Assembly: GCF_009914755.1 (NCBI RefSeq)
Contig: NC_060926.1
Source: the human T2T-CHM13v2.0 reference genome, Homo sapiens
Strand: one strand, 5' to 3'
DNA: 64,000 bases
Translations under genes and position numbers: made by a program
Notes under the pieces: generated by a model
Databases searched by the model: none
The model's input: only the letters and a program-made list of their open reading frames with translations
What the model was told of the DNA's origin: nothing
Shown: piece after piece, positions 14,701-29,071 of the stretch
How positions within the stretch are numbered: position 1 is the stretch's first letter
Layout of the letters: each line of letters begins with the position of its first letter

Positions 14701-15650
14701 GTTGGATATTGTTTGTATCCAAACTGATGATCTTTGTCTTGTAACTGTTTGTGGAGACGATTCACATTTAAAATGTACCCCCTTTATAGTTTATTTGCAC
14801 AATTTTTTCATTATGGTTTCCTTTCATTTTGCCTTATCTTAGTTTAATTGGTAATTATTATGCTTCCATTTAACCTCTTTTCTTGACATATTATTTGTAT
14901 TGCTCTAGGTTTCCAGTAAATATATTTAAAATAATCTGGAATTATGTGTATCTATGACCATCTGATGTTAAAGACTTCGAAAGCTTTCTTTTTATTTTTT
15001 TCTTGTATCTTTTCATTTCAGTTTGATAATTTATCCTATCCTGTTATCACTGATTCACTCTTTGGCTCTGAGTATCCTGATGTGCTTGAAAAAGGCATTC
15101 TTCATTTCTGTTACTGTGTTTTCAATTTTAATTTCCATTCTATTCTTTCTTATATTTTAATTTTCTACTGAAGTTACCTTTGTTCACATACGTGCTATCT
15201 ATTTTTTCCATAAGGGCTTTTGACTTTATAATCAGTTGTTTTAAATTTACTTTATTATAATTATAACATTTATATCATATCTGAGTCTAGTTATAAAGAT
15301 TTCTTTATCTTGTCTATATGTATGGCTTGCAATTTTTCCTGGAAACTGGACATGGTGTATTGGACTGTAGATACCGAGGTCAGTGAAGTTTATGCTTGGA
15401 AATGAGTACATCATTATTTCTGTAAGGACCCTAGTGTGGAACATTGTGTTATAGTCAGGAGTTGTGCTTGGTTCAAACATTGTTGCTGATATGGTTACCT
15501 TCAGTGCAGCAGTTTCAAATAGTTCTAGTGATACCTAGTGTTTATGTTGTGGATTATAACACTATTATTTTTACAAAACGTGCTAGCATGGCAGTGGGGT
15601 ACACAGGAGAAAGGAGCATTTTCTAATGTTCTGATCAAACTTGCACCTTA
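11750..15650 (-). mobile_element. Old mammalian L1 (L1MD/L1ME-like): 3' end, ORF2 and 5' remnants, internally deleted
   Basis: 3' end at 11750-12380; jumps to 5' ORF2 near 12384; ORF 12905-13090 reads [11 protein letters not shown] (ORF2p LRGKFIALNA motif). Confidence 0.7.
13745..14640 (-). mobile_element. L1MC-like 3' end nested in the older L1
   Basis: CTGTCCCAGGATCCAATTCAGGATATCGCATT..TCTCCTTAGTCTCTTCTGGTCTGTGGCAATTTCT, typical of L1MC 3' UTRs. Confidence 0.55.
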
Positions 15651-16189
15651 AAGAAGCACAGTAAAACTGAGTATGGGAGTAATGCACTGTTTTATTAATC
15701 TTCACAGAAATGACATGTCAGTTAGTTACACAATGGTAACATCTTAGCTAGAAAACTGGGGGAATAGAGAGGATTGGGGGGAATATTTATATGAATGTTC
15801 CAAAGTTACCTTGGTGACATAAATATAATCTCTGTATTGTGTACTAGAAACATAATATATAAAGTATTATGTGAAAATTATAATAAATAAGTTATAGGTA
15901 CAATTACTGAGTAATAATTTTATACTGTTTATATAACAATTAATAGAGTAGTTTGTTTGTAAGTACCAGGGTCACTAGCCAAAACAGTAAAGATTTCTGT
16001 TTCTGTATCCCTCTTAAACTTTTACTGCCTTCCTATCAAGATCTCCCGTGATCAGTTTTCAATACTTAGTTGACCTGTCAGCTGATTTGACATGATTGAT
16101 CACTTGTGTATTCTTGAAACTATTAGGTCACCTCATTAGCCACTTTTTACATTTCTTCTTCTTAGTTGCTTTTTAAAAAATCTCAAGAG

Positions 16190-18038
16190 AGAATAATGTT
16201 AACAGGATTGTGGAATAGGATTTTTCAGATTTCATCCCCTTATATAAACACCAATTTTGACAAAAAACACAGACAAGAGTGCCTTATGGGAGGCTAGGAG
16301 TCCACCAGGGAGATCTCAGCACCTTATTGGAGTAGAAAATTTGAGAATAGATGTATTTAAAAGAGGGGAAGCAGACAGTTTCACTTTACTTGCATTGCCC
16401 TTCTCTCAAGGCATCACAGCTCACTTGGACCCTTATCTCACACTGTATACGAAAATCAACTCAAAATGAATTGAAACTATGGCATGAAATTTGAAGCTTT
16501 AAAACTGCTAGGAAAAAACAGACAATTTCATGGCATGGGTCTCAGCAATGATTTTTTGGATATGACTCCAAAAGCATGGGCAAGATTAGCAGAAATAGAT
16601 AAGTAGGATTACATGGAGCTAAAAAATTCTCTACAGCAAAGGAAACAATCAACAGAGTAAAGAGTCAAACTAAAAGAGAAAATATCTGCATATCATACAT
16701 CTGACGAGTGATTAGTGCCCACAATACACAAAAAACTGAAACAGGCCAGGCGTGGTGGCTCACGCCTGTAATCGCAGCACTTTGGGAGGCCAAGGTGGGT
16801 GAAACACCTGAGGTCAGGAGTTTAAGACCAGCCTGGCCAATGTGGTAAAACCCTTTCTCTACTAAAAATGGAAAAATTAGCTGGGCATGTTGGTGGGTGC
16901 CTGTAGTCCCAGCTACTCAGGAGACTGAGGTAGGAGAATTGCTTGAATCCAGGAGACGGAGGTTGCAGTGAGCCAAGGTCATGTCACTGCACTCTGGCCT
17001 GGGCAACAGAGTGAGACTCCATCTTAAAAAAAAAAACTGAAACAACTTAATAGAAAACCAAAATAACTATATTAACAAATGGGCAAAGACCTGAATACAA
17101 AGAAGACAAGCAAATGGCCAAGAAGTATACGAGAAGGAACTAATCATTACCAAGCATCAGAAAACTGCAAGTAAAAATCACAATCAGGTATCATCCCACA
17201 CCCGCTAGAATAGCTATTACCAAAATGACAAAAGATAACAAGTATTGATGAGGATGTGAAGAAAGGGGAATCATTGTACACAGTTGATTAGAATACAAAA
17301 TAACATAGCCATAATTGAACACAGTATGAAGGTTCCTAAGGCAATTAAATGTATAACTACCATATGATCCAGCAATTTTACTTCTGGGTATATATCCAAA
17401 TGAAATGAAATCAGTATGTTGAAGAAATATCTGCACCCAAGTTTATTGCAGCACTGTTCATAATAGCCAAGATGTAGAAAAAAACCTGTCTTCATTGGCA
17501 GATAACTGAATAAAGAAAATGAGGTATCTTTATATGTATCTATTTATCTAATAGAATATTATTTATCCTTAATAAAGAAGGGAACCTTGCCATTTACTAA
17601 AACATGGATAAGCGTGAAATAGAGCAAAAGTGAAATAAGCTAGACACAGAAAGACAAATACATTATATGATCTCCCTTATATGTGGAATCAAAAACAACT
17701 GAACCTATAAAAACAGTAGAATGGTGTTGTCCAGGTGTAGGGAGGGCTGGAGAAATGGGGAAATGTTGGCCAAAGGTTACAAAGTTTCAGTTATGTAGGA
17801 TAAATAAGTTCTGGAGGCCTAATATACAGCATATTGACTGTACTTAATAATATTTTCAGTCTATATTTGAAATTTGCTAAGAGAGTGGATCTTACACACA
17901 GAAAAGATAACTATATGAAGTGTTGGATGTATTAGTTTTATTGTGGTAATTATTTCACAACGTATCCATATATCAAAACATTACAAAGAATCTAAAGTAT
18001 ATATTTTTGTGTTAATTATATCTCAAAGCCGGAAAAAT
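16190..18038 (+). mobile_element. L1MA (L1MA8/9-like) ORF2 C-terminus and 3' UTR, preceded by an L1 5'-UTR-like fragment
   Basis: LDPYLTLYTKINSK at ~16425; 3' UTR CAAAGTTTCAGTTATGTAGGATAAATAAGTTCTGGAG..GAAATTTGCTAAGAGAGTGGATCTT; interrupted by Alu. Confidence 0.8.
16744..17030 (+). mobile_element. AluS (Sx/Sq-like)
   Basis: Full dimer, CACCTGAGGTCAGGAG; TSD AAAAAACTGAAACA (16730-16743 / 17031-17044). Confidence 0.95.
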
Positions 18039-18058
18039 ATTAACTACCTCTGCTACTT

Positions 18059-18343
<285 letters not shown>

Positions 18344-18359
18344 TATCTCTTCTACTTCT

Positions 18360-19845
18360 AAAAGTCTAAGTGCCTCCAGGGTAAATTCTCAGCTTCTCTA
18401 TAAAGCTCAGCCCCACAATAATATCTTCTAGTTTTTAAGCGTTAAGTACTATGTGTATTTCCTATATGCTCATAATTCCCAAATTTATATCTACGATCTG
18501 CTTGGTATGCTTGGAACCCTTCTTGGAATGCAATGCTCATATTTACAATTGCCTACGTGACATATTTATTTAAATGTCTAATAAGTATCTCAGATTCAGC
18601 ATGTCCAGTGATGTGACTTGGCTGTGTCCTCACCCAAATGTCATCTTGAATTGTAGTTCCCCAAATCCCCACATGTCATGAGAGGGACCCAGTGGGAGGT
18701 AATTGAATCATGGGGGTGGTTACCCCCATGCTGTTATTCTCATCATAGTGACTGAGTTCTCAGAAAATCTAGTGGTTTTATAAGGGGCTTTTCCCACTTT
18801 TGCTTGGCACTTCTCCTTCTGGTCATCACATCAAGGGCATGTTTGCTTCACCTTCCATCAGGATTGTAAGTTTCCTAAGGCCTCCCCAGCCATGCTGAAT
18901 TGTGACTCAGTTAACTGTCTTTCCTTTATACATTACCCAGTCTCAGGTATGTCTTTATTAGCCACGTGAGAAGGAAATAACACATCCAGAAACAAACACA
19001 TTTCGTTTTCCTTTACAACCCCCTACTCTTCTTACTTCCCATATCCAAAAATGGCAACTCAGTTTGTCTACCTATGTAGAATAAAATCTATGTTACCTTT
19101 CTTTCTCCTTTTGCTTATATATTATGTACATCCATTTCTAAATATATTAGCTCAATCCTCAGTAGATATAAAAATCCAATCTCTTTATCATCTCTTAACT
19201 GCTTTCTCAGTCTCCATTCTTTGCTTCTGATACATTTATTTTTGACATAGCAACAAGAGGGACTGTTTTGTAAAACAAGTCAGATTGTATTATTCTGTCT
19301 CAAACTATCCAAGAGCTAATTATTTTACTTAGAATAAGAGCCAGAATACTTACGATCACCTGTGAAATCTAGGTGATCAGGCCTCAGTGTCTTTCTCACT
19401 TAATGCTCTTTTATTGTTACAACACAATAGCTTTATATTCTTTTTCCTCTCCAGTCTAGCCATACTGGCCTTTGCATTTTTTAAATATATCAAAATTTAG
19501 TGCCTTTGTACTTGATTTTGCTTCTGTCTAAATCGATTTTCTCAAAATAGCTGCAGGGATTTTTCCATCCTGTATCAGTAAAGTCTTTCTTAATCAATCT
19601 TATAAAATAGCAACGCCCTTCATCCCACAGTCCTTTATGCCCTGCACTGTGCTTTAGGTTAGCACATAGCTCTGTTTGACAGAATATACTGCTTATTGTC
19701 TATCTTCTCATTAGGATGTAAGCTCCTAGATAGCCAAGAAGTTGTCTGTCCTGTTTACTACTGTATCCTCCATGCCTAGAAGTGTGCTTAATGCATAAAA
19801 GGCACTAAAGCAATCGTAGTATTCTGACTGAGTAAATTGATAAAT
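18360..19845 (+). mobile_element. L2 3' region, interrupted by THE1 LTR
   Basis: CCCAAATTTATATCT..AATGTCTAATAAGTATCTCA..; 3' terminus GATGTAAGCTCC..CTGTATCCTCCATGCCTAGAAGTGTGC. Confidence 0.6.
18609..18984 (+). mobile_element. THE1 (THE1C/D-like) MaLR solo LTR
   Basis: TG...CA termini, perfect 5-bp TSD TCCAG (18604-18608 / 18985-18989), GGGAGGTAATTGAATCATGGGG and GATTGTAAGTTTCCTAAGGCCTCCCCAGCCATG motifs. Confidence 0.9.
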
Positions 19846-21562
19846 AAATCCAGGCCATTTTACTGTCCCCCAAAATGTTTTTCCATGGATGCTTCTTTAT
19901 AATACAGTGGTTTTTTGACTAGAGGCTAGATCTAGACTCCTCCAGTTATTTATAAAGAAAATACTTTAACCATCTTTTTATGTATTTGTCAAAAGTCATC
20001 TTCAGATAGTGTCCAAGTAACACAAATAATAGTATATTAGTCTGCCAAAACCTTAACCCTTAATTGGCTGTAATCCATGAAATTTATAGAGAAGGTATGT
20101 CTTTGTATGCATTTTTAGTGATTAATGATTGCTTTACAGACGAGTAAATATTTGCACCAATGAAATTACCACTTGGAAAGATGTTTCTAGAGATTAAATC
20201 ACTACTGCAGAAGGAAATATGATTAAAAGTGTTTTCACTACCTTGCAATTGTATCTAAGGTCATCGGCAATCTAGGGCCATAGCTAATGAAGCTAAAATA
20301 TCTGATAGGCTTCACATTTAGAACATATGTTAAATCCTGTCATTTGTGTTTTTTGTTGTTTTTATAAATTACGTTTTACATTATTAGTAACGCTGTTCAA
20401 AAAAGGAGGATACATTTTTGGTTTTGATTTACAGCCAAAAGAGAGATCAGGTTATTAGTTTCGAGATCCCCATGCCACAAGCACATACTTCAATTCAAAT
20501 AAAAGAGCTCTTTTGTAGCACCTTGTGTTTCATCCATCTAGTATCAAACACAGTGAAATTAACAGGTCAAGTAAAACTTCTAATTAAACACTCAGGTTAA
20601 ATACATAGATCTGGAGTTTGGATTTAAAAGCTAAAACTGTCTTAGAGTCACGAAGTATATAGAATTATAAATTTAAGGCAAGCACACTTTAAATGTATAG
20701 TGCGTACCTCTATGCAGCAGCAGTAGCTATGACCCTGTTTTACCACAAATACATGCATCAAAGAGTTACACCATAAACACACCCAGGAGAAATTTACACT
20801 GGCTAATGATGAAGATGTGTAACCCAGAGAACATTTATCATTTATATTTTAACACAACAACTGTATCCCACTATTGAGACTTTCAAGTTCTGTTTATGGA
20901 AATAGAAAGCATTTTGAGTTCACACTGCTCTTGAAACCAGCTGCAAATGACCCCTCAGGCAATTCTCTATTGCTGCCTAAAGCAATAGCAATGAATTCAG
21001 TTTAACCGTACTCAAACACTGTGATTATCTACTATAAAGAACACCAAATTATTACATGCAAATACTATGATTTCTTCAACTGTGTCTCGGTCTGGACCAG
21101 GACTACTCCTTGCAGAGTTACTATCCTCAGGTATGCTGGATCAGTTCTCTTTTGAAACTCTAGTAGCCAAAAAGAGAATGATCAAACCTAGACCTGTAAT
21201 GATGCATTTTGCGTCAGTTTTTTTTGTTGTTGTTGTTTTGCTGATAGCATAAAATGATTGACCAATAACTTTGTAGCTAAACATGCAAACTCTAAAATAA
21301 GAAATAGTGAAAAGAATAGGTGGAGAATATAGTGGTCTGTGTCAAAACACTTCTAGAATGATAAAGATTAAAAATAAATAAAAATAATGACGTACATAAG
21401 AGGGAATGGAAAGATTTGTTTTACAAATAGCTTTCCAACTTGCTCTCTTAGTAATTTTAGAGAGCAAGATTAAATTCATCACAAGAGAATTTACATATAT
21501 ACAATGATTTTCTTTGAAACCTTATAAAACTTCTTCAAGTAAAATTTTTAACATTCAAGGAC

Positions 21563-22021
21563 TGCTGTGGTTTAGATAACATTTGTTTGTCCCTACTAAA
21601 TTTCGTGTTGAAATTTGATAGCCAATATGGTGTGTTGAGAGGTAGAGCCTAATGGGAGGTGCTTTGGTTATGGTGGTAGATCCCTCATGATTAGCTTGGT
21701 TCTATTCTCATGGTAGTAAATGAGTTCTTACTCTGGCGAAACAGGATTAGTTCTTTCAGATAGGGGTTAGTACCCTAGAGGATAGATTGTTATGAAGCCA
21801 AGACACCCCTCCGTTTTGTTCTCTCTTCGCACATGTCCATTTCCTCTTTGACCTTTGTCATGTCTTGATGCAGCACAAAATCCTTCACCAGAAGCCAAGC
21901 AGATGCCAGTGCCATGCTTCTACTACAATCCTGTAGAAACATGAGTTAAATAGAGCTCTTTTCTTTATAAATTTCCCCACCTCAGGTATACCTTCATAGC
22001 AACACAAAATAAACTAAGATA
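21563..22021 (+). mobile_element. MSTB-like MaLR solo LTR
   Basis: TGCTGTGGTTT start, AGATCCCTCATGA, CACCAGAAGCCAAGCAGATGCCAGTGCCATGCTTC, ends ATAGCAACACAAAATAAACTAAGATA. Confidence 0.8.
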
Positions 22022-23707
22022 AACACAAACTTTAAAAAAATTTTTTTGAAGAATTCCTTCCGTCCTAGCTTAAAATTCCTCCATATTTTCCCAGCATCAT
22101 CAGTTAACATTGCCTTTACTGGATTACTTCCATGATTATTCAAACAGTAGACCTGAAATTAACAGAAACAAAAGCAACCCCTCAAAACTTATCTCAGGAC
22201 CTGACCCCCTATTTTTTCCAGCAGCCATCACATCTCATTATTTTTGCTGTAAAACTCCTCACAGTATTTTCTCTATTCAGTGTCTCTATTTCCCAATCTC
22301 CATTTGCCTCCTCAACCTACTTTTTCTGGGCTTCTGTCTCTACCGATTCCCTAAAACTGTTGTTTTCAAAGCTATCAGTGACAACAGAAGCTGTTCTCTG
22401 TTTCTTCTTTTCCCATAATTTACACACTCAAATCACTGGAAAATCTTGTGGACTCTAACTTCAGCACATATTTCAGCTTCCCCCAATTTTCTCCATCTGT
22501 ACCACAACCACTCTAGTGAAAACTATCATTATTTTTTCTTGAAATTTAACCAATTTCCCCTTTGATCACCTTTCCTTAATTTATCTCTCTAATCTTCAGA
22601 CAGCAGCCCGATTAAAATATTGTTAATCAAATTATCTTTCTTCCCTCCTTATAAAGCTTCAATGGCTTTATTTTGCAAGTAAAAAAAAAATCTAAATTCC
22701 CTACCATGTGCTATATTATCTGGTGCCTGTCAACATTTGGTCTCTTCTTATACCGAAATGTCTTCTGTTTTCTATGCTGTAGCCACAGAAGCCTCCTTCT
22801 CGTTCCTTGAAACACTAGGATCAGTACTACCTGAGGCCTCTAAATTTGTATTACCCTATATTTGCCTCATTCCCCAAAGCAAGAGTAGGGACCAAGCTGA
22901 TTACCTAGTTGCCATATCTAAAAGATGGACTTAGAACTAGGTATATGGAACATTGTACTAGGAAAGGTAAGATTATTAAAATGTAAATATAGTTGTGACT
23001 GTGCGAATATTTTAGTTACATAGAGTCTTGAAAAATAATACTTTACCACAATGAACTCTATTTTGAATAGGGATTTGGGAGCATAATAGCAGGTTAGGGA
23101 AAAAAAAGAATCAACCAAAAGCTTTCATCATAATCCCTAACCTAACTTCACTTTTACCATGTGGTGGACTAATATTTTTCTTTACTTAAGGCTGATATAA
23201 GGGCCATTGAGACATTGTTACTTGCTTTTCCTTTTTCCTTCCTTTCTGCTTTTTTCCTTTGGGGATGAGTATCCAGTATTCCTACTCTCTAAGCTTTTAA
23301 TGCCAATCTATCCTTCCCCCATATCAGCATACATTCTGGAAAGGCTGTGATGTTATAATCTTTATTTTGACTTAAATTCGTTTATACAGGCTTTTAACTT
23401 TTTCCAGGTATTTATATTCCAAAAATGTTTGATATGTAATTCTGATATATAATACGTTTTACTACATAAATTAAGATGCTTTTGAAAATAAGAAACAGGA
23501 ATCAAGCCAGAGAACAAAAAAAAATGAAGAATACAATGACAAAACTGCTTAATTCGTAAATCTGAGATTATCCTCTGTCATGTCTGGCCCTAATTGCAAA
23601 ATGCTTTATTTTTCCCATTAATGCTATGGCAAGAATCTGACTTTAAGCCTCTTCCCTTCTCTTTCTTTAACTATCTCTAAACCCTTCCCTTTATTGGTAT
23701 CCTTCAG

Positions 23708-24123
23708 TGGTATGGTTTGAATATTTGTAGTCTTCAAAAATTCATGTTGAAACTTAATTCCCATTGTGATGGTACTAAGACATGAAACCTATTAGGTAGT
23801 GAGTAAATCACCAGGGCTTCACACTCATGAATGGGATTAATGCCCTTATATAAGACACTTCAAAGAGCTGCTTCGCTCTTTCATCAGTTCTGCCATATGA
23901 GGAGATAGCCTCCATACCTTTTGCTCTTCCATCCTTCTGTCATGTGAGAAAGCAGCAATAGGGTGCCATCTAGAAGTAAGGGCAAGTCCCCACCAGACAC
24001 CAACTCTGCTGGTGCCTTAACCTTGGACTTTACAGCCTCCAGAGCTGTGGGAAATAAATTATATTATTCATAAGTGACTCAGTTTAAAACATTTTGTTGT
24101 TGCAGCAGTAGCAGACTACGAAA
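23708..24123 (+). mobile_element. MSTD/MLT1A-like MaLR solo LTR
   Basis: TATGGTTTGAAT..CTCATGAATGGGATTAATGCCCTTAT..CTGCTGGTGCCTTAACCTTGGACTTTACAGCCTCCAGAGCTGTG. Confidence 0.75.
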
Positions 24124-24803
24124 CTGCTATAGTCTTATTTCAAGTCTTAACCAAAGCCCACTAGAGTTAATGCAGTAGCCCCAAATCTTACCTTTCTTAA
24201 CTCTATCTTTTACATTGTGATCAGATAATCTTTTCAAAGGATGGCTATGTGATAGGCACTTAGGAAATATGCAATGTGCAAAAAGTCCACTAAACTACTC
24301 AAGTTCCTTTAACATTCTTCCATCACTTTAAGAATAAAATGTAAATACAGTATTTGAGACCTATTCATGGGCCATTTGACCTTGACTGCCTCAGCATTAT
24401 CTTTTCCTGACGCTCCCCAAACACTTTGTGCCCCACATCAAGAAAACCATAGTTTCCCAAAGGAACGAAATCTCTCACTATGTCACTATGTCAAATACAT
24501 GAGTGAATAAATTCTTTAGAAGAGGTCATTAGGAGGGAATAAAATCTGAAGGCCGTAGCAAAACATGAAGCAAGAATCTGTTTTCCACACAAAGATAAAT
24601 CACAATGAACTTCCCAGAGAAGATGAAACACTCTAAAGAAAATAAATCACTGACTAAGACACAAGGCTTCTAGTAATCAGATTTACATGTGTCATAATAT
24701 GAAATGAATTGATATGTTTTCTGCTCCATCAGAATGATTTGACAATGACATTTTAAATATGCATGGATTACCCTGGATCAACGTCAGAATAATTCAGTTA
24801 GGG

Positions 24804-25985
24804 TGTCTGAACTGTTTTCACTCACAATAATTCTTTTTTTTTTTTTTTTTTTTTTTTGAGACGGAGTCTCGCTCTGTCACCCAGGCTAGAGTGCAGTAGC
24901 ATGATCTCAGCTCAGTACAACCTCTGCTTCCTGGGTTCAAGCTCATTCTCTTGCCTCAGGCTCCTGAGTAGCTGGGACTAGGGCGTGTGCCACCACGCCC
25001 AGCTAATATTTGTATTTTTAGTAAAGACAGGGTTTCATCAGGCCAGGCTGCTCTCAAACTCCTGACCTCAAGTGATCCACTCACCTCAGCCTCCCAAAAC
25101 CCTGGGATTACAGGCATGAGCCACAGTGTCCCGCCTTCACTCATAACAATTCTAATACTAAATGTGTGGGGGGTTTTGCCTATACTAGCAACCAATTCTC
25201 CAACTCTCTGGACACCATCTGGTTGTCCTACAGTTCAATTTAACTCTAACACTACCCAGAGTTAGCATCAGACTCCACAGGTTCAGACCCACTAGACATT
25301 CCTCACTCCACACGCCAGCCCCAAGTATTGGGTACAGAGGATATACACATTTCTGTCTGACTTCGCTACAAAGTTGAAGTCCCCACAAGCCCCACTTCAG
25401 GTTTGAAAATTTGCTAGAATGGCTCACAGATCTCAGAAAATAATGCACTTACTGTCACCCGTTTATAATAGAGGACACAAATGAAAAGCCAGATGAAGAG
25501 GTACATAGAACAAGGTCCAGAAGAGTTCAAAGCACAGGAACTTCTGTCTTCGTGGGGTTGGCGTGCCCCACCCTTCTGGCATATGGATATTTTCACCAAC
25601 CTAGAAACTCACTGAACCCTGTTGGCTAGGGGTTTTTGTGGAGGTTTCATTAGGTAGGCATGACTGACTGCATTATTGGCCACTGAAGGTTCATCTCCAG
25701 CCTCTCTCCCTTCCTCAGAAGTCTGGATGTGAACCTGAAAGTTCCAACTGTCTGGTCACACACTAGTTTTTCTGGTAACCAGTCTCCATGCTGAAGCTTT
25801 TTGGAGGGTACCCAAGAGTCCCCTCATTAGCATAAACTCCGGTATGGTTGAAAGGATTTACAATGAGTAAGGAAAGATATTCCCTCATCCGTATCTCTCA
25901 GAAAATCCCAAGGGTTTTAGAAGCCCTATGCCAAAACTAGGGGAAAAGACCAAATACGTATTTCTTATTATATCACAAAATCACA
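24804..25985 (-). mobile_element. MER21-family ERV LTR, interrupted by Alu
   Basis: Right end is the reverse complement of the MER21 start (GACCAAATACGTATTTCTTATTATATCACAAAATCACA); AATTTGCTAGAATGGCTCACAGA and CAGATGAAGAGGTACATAG motifs. Confidence 0.8.
24835..25135 (-). mobile_element. AluS (Sx/Sz-like)
   Basis: Full dimer with long poly(T); 18-bp TSD TTCACTCACAATAATTCT (24817-24834) / TTCACTCATAACAATTCT (25136-25153). Confidence 0.95.
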
Positions 25986-26369
25986 GTTGCCACAAATGTT
26001 ATAATGTTAGAGGTAATGGTACATTTACAGAAAACAGTGCCAACCATTATAAATGATAAAATATTAAACAATAACAATTATTAAGACTTGAAGCCTCTTT
26101 ACTCAAAAGATTTTAATTGACTTTACTACTCTTTAAATAGTTCCTTCAATATTAGCAGGAAGGTTGATACAATTAATAACTCAAATATATATCACTGGTA
26201 CTAAGTATATAGACATAAATTTAAAAATTACAAAAGTATTTCCTAACTAAAGTGATAACTAGGGGCAGCCCAAGAGTAGAGATGATGATTGATGATTCAC
26301 TAAATGGTTAAACTTTTATTGTCTAATATTAAGCAAAAGACAAGAGAATACTTATGTATATATTATAGG

Positions 26370-26540
26370 TAAGTAATTTTAAATACTTTTATTTAATCCT
26401 AACATTAAACCTGTAATATAGATACTATCACTACTATTTCGCAGATGAAGTTATTGAGACTAATGCAGTTTCAATAACTTTTCAAGGAAATATGGATAGT
26501 GAGCAGGAGAAATTGGCCTCAAGCCTAGAATTGATATTCC
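26370..26540 (-). mobile_element. MIR fragment
   Basis: ATTTAATCCT..ACTATCACTACTATTTCGCAGATGAAGTTATTGAGAC MIR core. Confidence 0.5.
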
Positions 26541-28329
26541 TAATCTCAAAATGCAGATAATAAATATCTTAAGAGTTTCTGTGATTCTTAAATAAGAGAG
26601 TGTATTAAAGCTGTCCATCACAAGATTCAGTTTACATTATATGTTAAGAAGAAGAATCCTTTCTTCTTAGTAATAAGGATACTTCAATACATCAAGTGTT
26701 TCAACTGCTTTAGAACAATTCTTTTGGCAAATATCATACATATTATAGACTTTCACTTAAATTTTCTAACATTAGGGTTGTACATTTCAGTAACTCCTAG
26801 AACCAGTTAAATAACAGCAACCTCCTAGTGGGGCTGATAGGGCTTGAAGAATATTGGACAGTGTATGCCACAACCACAGGTATTCAATTGAAAACAAAAC
26901 AAAGCATGCCAGCTGTTCAAGCAAAAAAGTATTCGCTAATGTAACTAAGGATAAGGGCCAACTGTTTGTAAACTTGACCCACTTGGTATGGGCGAAGAGA
27001 GACCACTGTTAGCTTGACCTAGAATCCAGAATCACAGAGCTGATACTATATCCTAGTCTCTTTCATTCTGAACGTTAGCTTTGCTTGCTGTAGGCATATG
27101 GCTGCAAAAGTGCCTATCACCTCTGGCATAGTGCCATAGTGTTACTTTCCTTCCCAGGGCTCCCCATCCCTCAGGCTAGACTGATGTATCAAATATAACA
27201 TCTAGCTTAGGGCTGAGCCATAATTCTTCTAGTTAAGAACCAATTAGTTTTTCCCTTTTGAAAATGTGAACTGCATACAGAGACTCCAGCTGACCTTTGT
27301 TAAGTATTCAAGCAGAATGATAATGTAGAGTTTGGATTTGAGTTGTTGTGAGTGCATTGCAGATTCACAAGGGACTGGAATAAACAGAAGAGCAAGAACT
27401 GCAAGTAGAGTGCTGATAGGGAGAGAAATGAGCAGAGGATGAAGACTCACAAAGGGAAAGAGAAATGAGAGATGGTGTAGTCACTCAGAGTTACAGAGGT
27501 AACTCTAGCTCCAAACTTTCTGAGTCTGATTTTTGTGAAGTCCAGCTGTAAAGTAGCTTTGATATTACATGTCCATGAGATGTTCAGACATTTCCAATAT
27601 GCCATTCATTTTATGGAAATGTATTTGAGTGTGTGTTTAGATTTTGGAATCTAAGGAAACTTGGTAAAAACAAATATTATAAATTCTTCTATTAGGTGGA
27701 TTTTTTTTTAATTTGCTCCATTTCCAGTTTAGAAGTTATGTGTATTTTCTGTTCTTGGAAATTTGCCTTAGCTCTATGTCTATGCTTAGGATATCTTGTC
27801 ATTTTTCAAATTTCCTAAATTCCTATGTAATCCTGAGACAAGAAACAGGGGTCGATAGATAGGATACTAAGCTTCCTTCTGCAGGGCCAGGGATCTCTGG
27901 AGATGTATACTTGTTTTATTTTTATCGATATTCCCCCAAATTCTTTCTAAAAGTCCTAATATTGAGCAATGCAATACTGTAGCGGTTTCATTATAGCATT
28001 GCTGTTACTGTGAATTTTTTAATTACATGAGGATATTAACATATAAAGCCCTGATAAAAGAGGACTGCTGATGGCTTTTTGGTGTGGTAGCAATAACAAC
28101 AACGGGAAAGATATAGTTTGAGTACTCCTGGAAGAGGAGACTCTTGAGTATTTTTAAAAAGAACAGCATGCTACTGTAAAACAACAAGAATATGAAGAAA
28201 AATACTTGGAACCTGATACTGGTTTTGAGGCTAGTTTTGTGATACAGAGGTGAAGTTAAAAAAAAATTCCTTAATCTAGATATGATATTCTAAAGGGGAA
28301 GTTTTGAAAAGCAGTAGTATTGATTTACA

Positions 28330-28870
28330 TTCTTTAACCTATTAATCGGTCTACAAGTGCGTATTGAGAGCCTGTATGTAACAGGCATGTAACAGGTTCA
28401 GTGTGCCCTCATGAAATTTGTAATTTAAGCGACAAAGACTGATATTAAACAAATAACACACAAACAAATGCCTACTTTTATTTTATACCAAATATGTGAC
28501 AGAAAAAAACACAGTGTATATGAGAGGATATAAAAAGAACATTTATTGTTGGATCAAAGAAAACCTCTTAAGAAAAGTTGAAGTACAGTTGAGACTTAAA
28601 GGATGGATTGGTGTTAGCCAGAAAGAGAGTAGAGAAGGGGGAATGTCCTCCAGGTTAAAGAGAGAGCATATAAAGAATCCTTAAACTGGTAAAAAGCTTG
28701 AGTTGTTAGAAGAATAGGCAAAAAGTCTGGTGGATGACAGTACATCGCAAAAACGTGACAATAAAGGCTGAAGATGTAAGTAGCGAAAAATCACTATAGG
28801 TCTTGTAGGACAGTGTATTTAGGTTTTATTCTTTGAGCTATGGGATACCATTTAAGAATTTTAAATTGGA
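28330..28870 (-). mobile_element. L2 3' region
   Basis: TATTGAGAGCCTGTATGTAACAGGCA..TGCCCTCATGAAATTT..GAGACTTAAAGGATG, L2-like. Confidence 0.55.
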
Positions 28871-28922
28871 TATCATTTTTGTGTTTATCAATTTCTCTGC
28901 ACACATATGCATTATTTAATAT

Positions 28923-29071
28923 GTATATACATTATATTAGTACATATTTTTGTATGTATACATATATGTTTCTAGTTACTGTATAACAAATGCAGTATAC
29001 TTTATGTTAGTACATATAATGTTGATATGTATACATACACACATATATTTCTAGCTGCTGTATAACAAATG
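28923..29071. repeat. Two-copy tandem duplication (~70-77 bp)
   Basis: Both units contain TTAGTACATAT..TATGTATACATA..TTTCTAG.T.CTGTATAACAAATG. Confidence 0.85.

Noticed and set aside
21056-21063. Octamer motif ATGCAAAT in non-repeat DNA
   Set aside because: An isolated 8-mer is expected by chance in 64 kb of AT-rich DNA; no supporting context.
27965-28003. Hairpin AGCAATGCAATACTG / CATTATAGCATTGCT
   Set aside because: 15-bp stem with 2 mismatches is too short for a pre-miRNA and plausible by chance.
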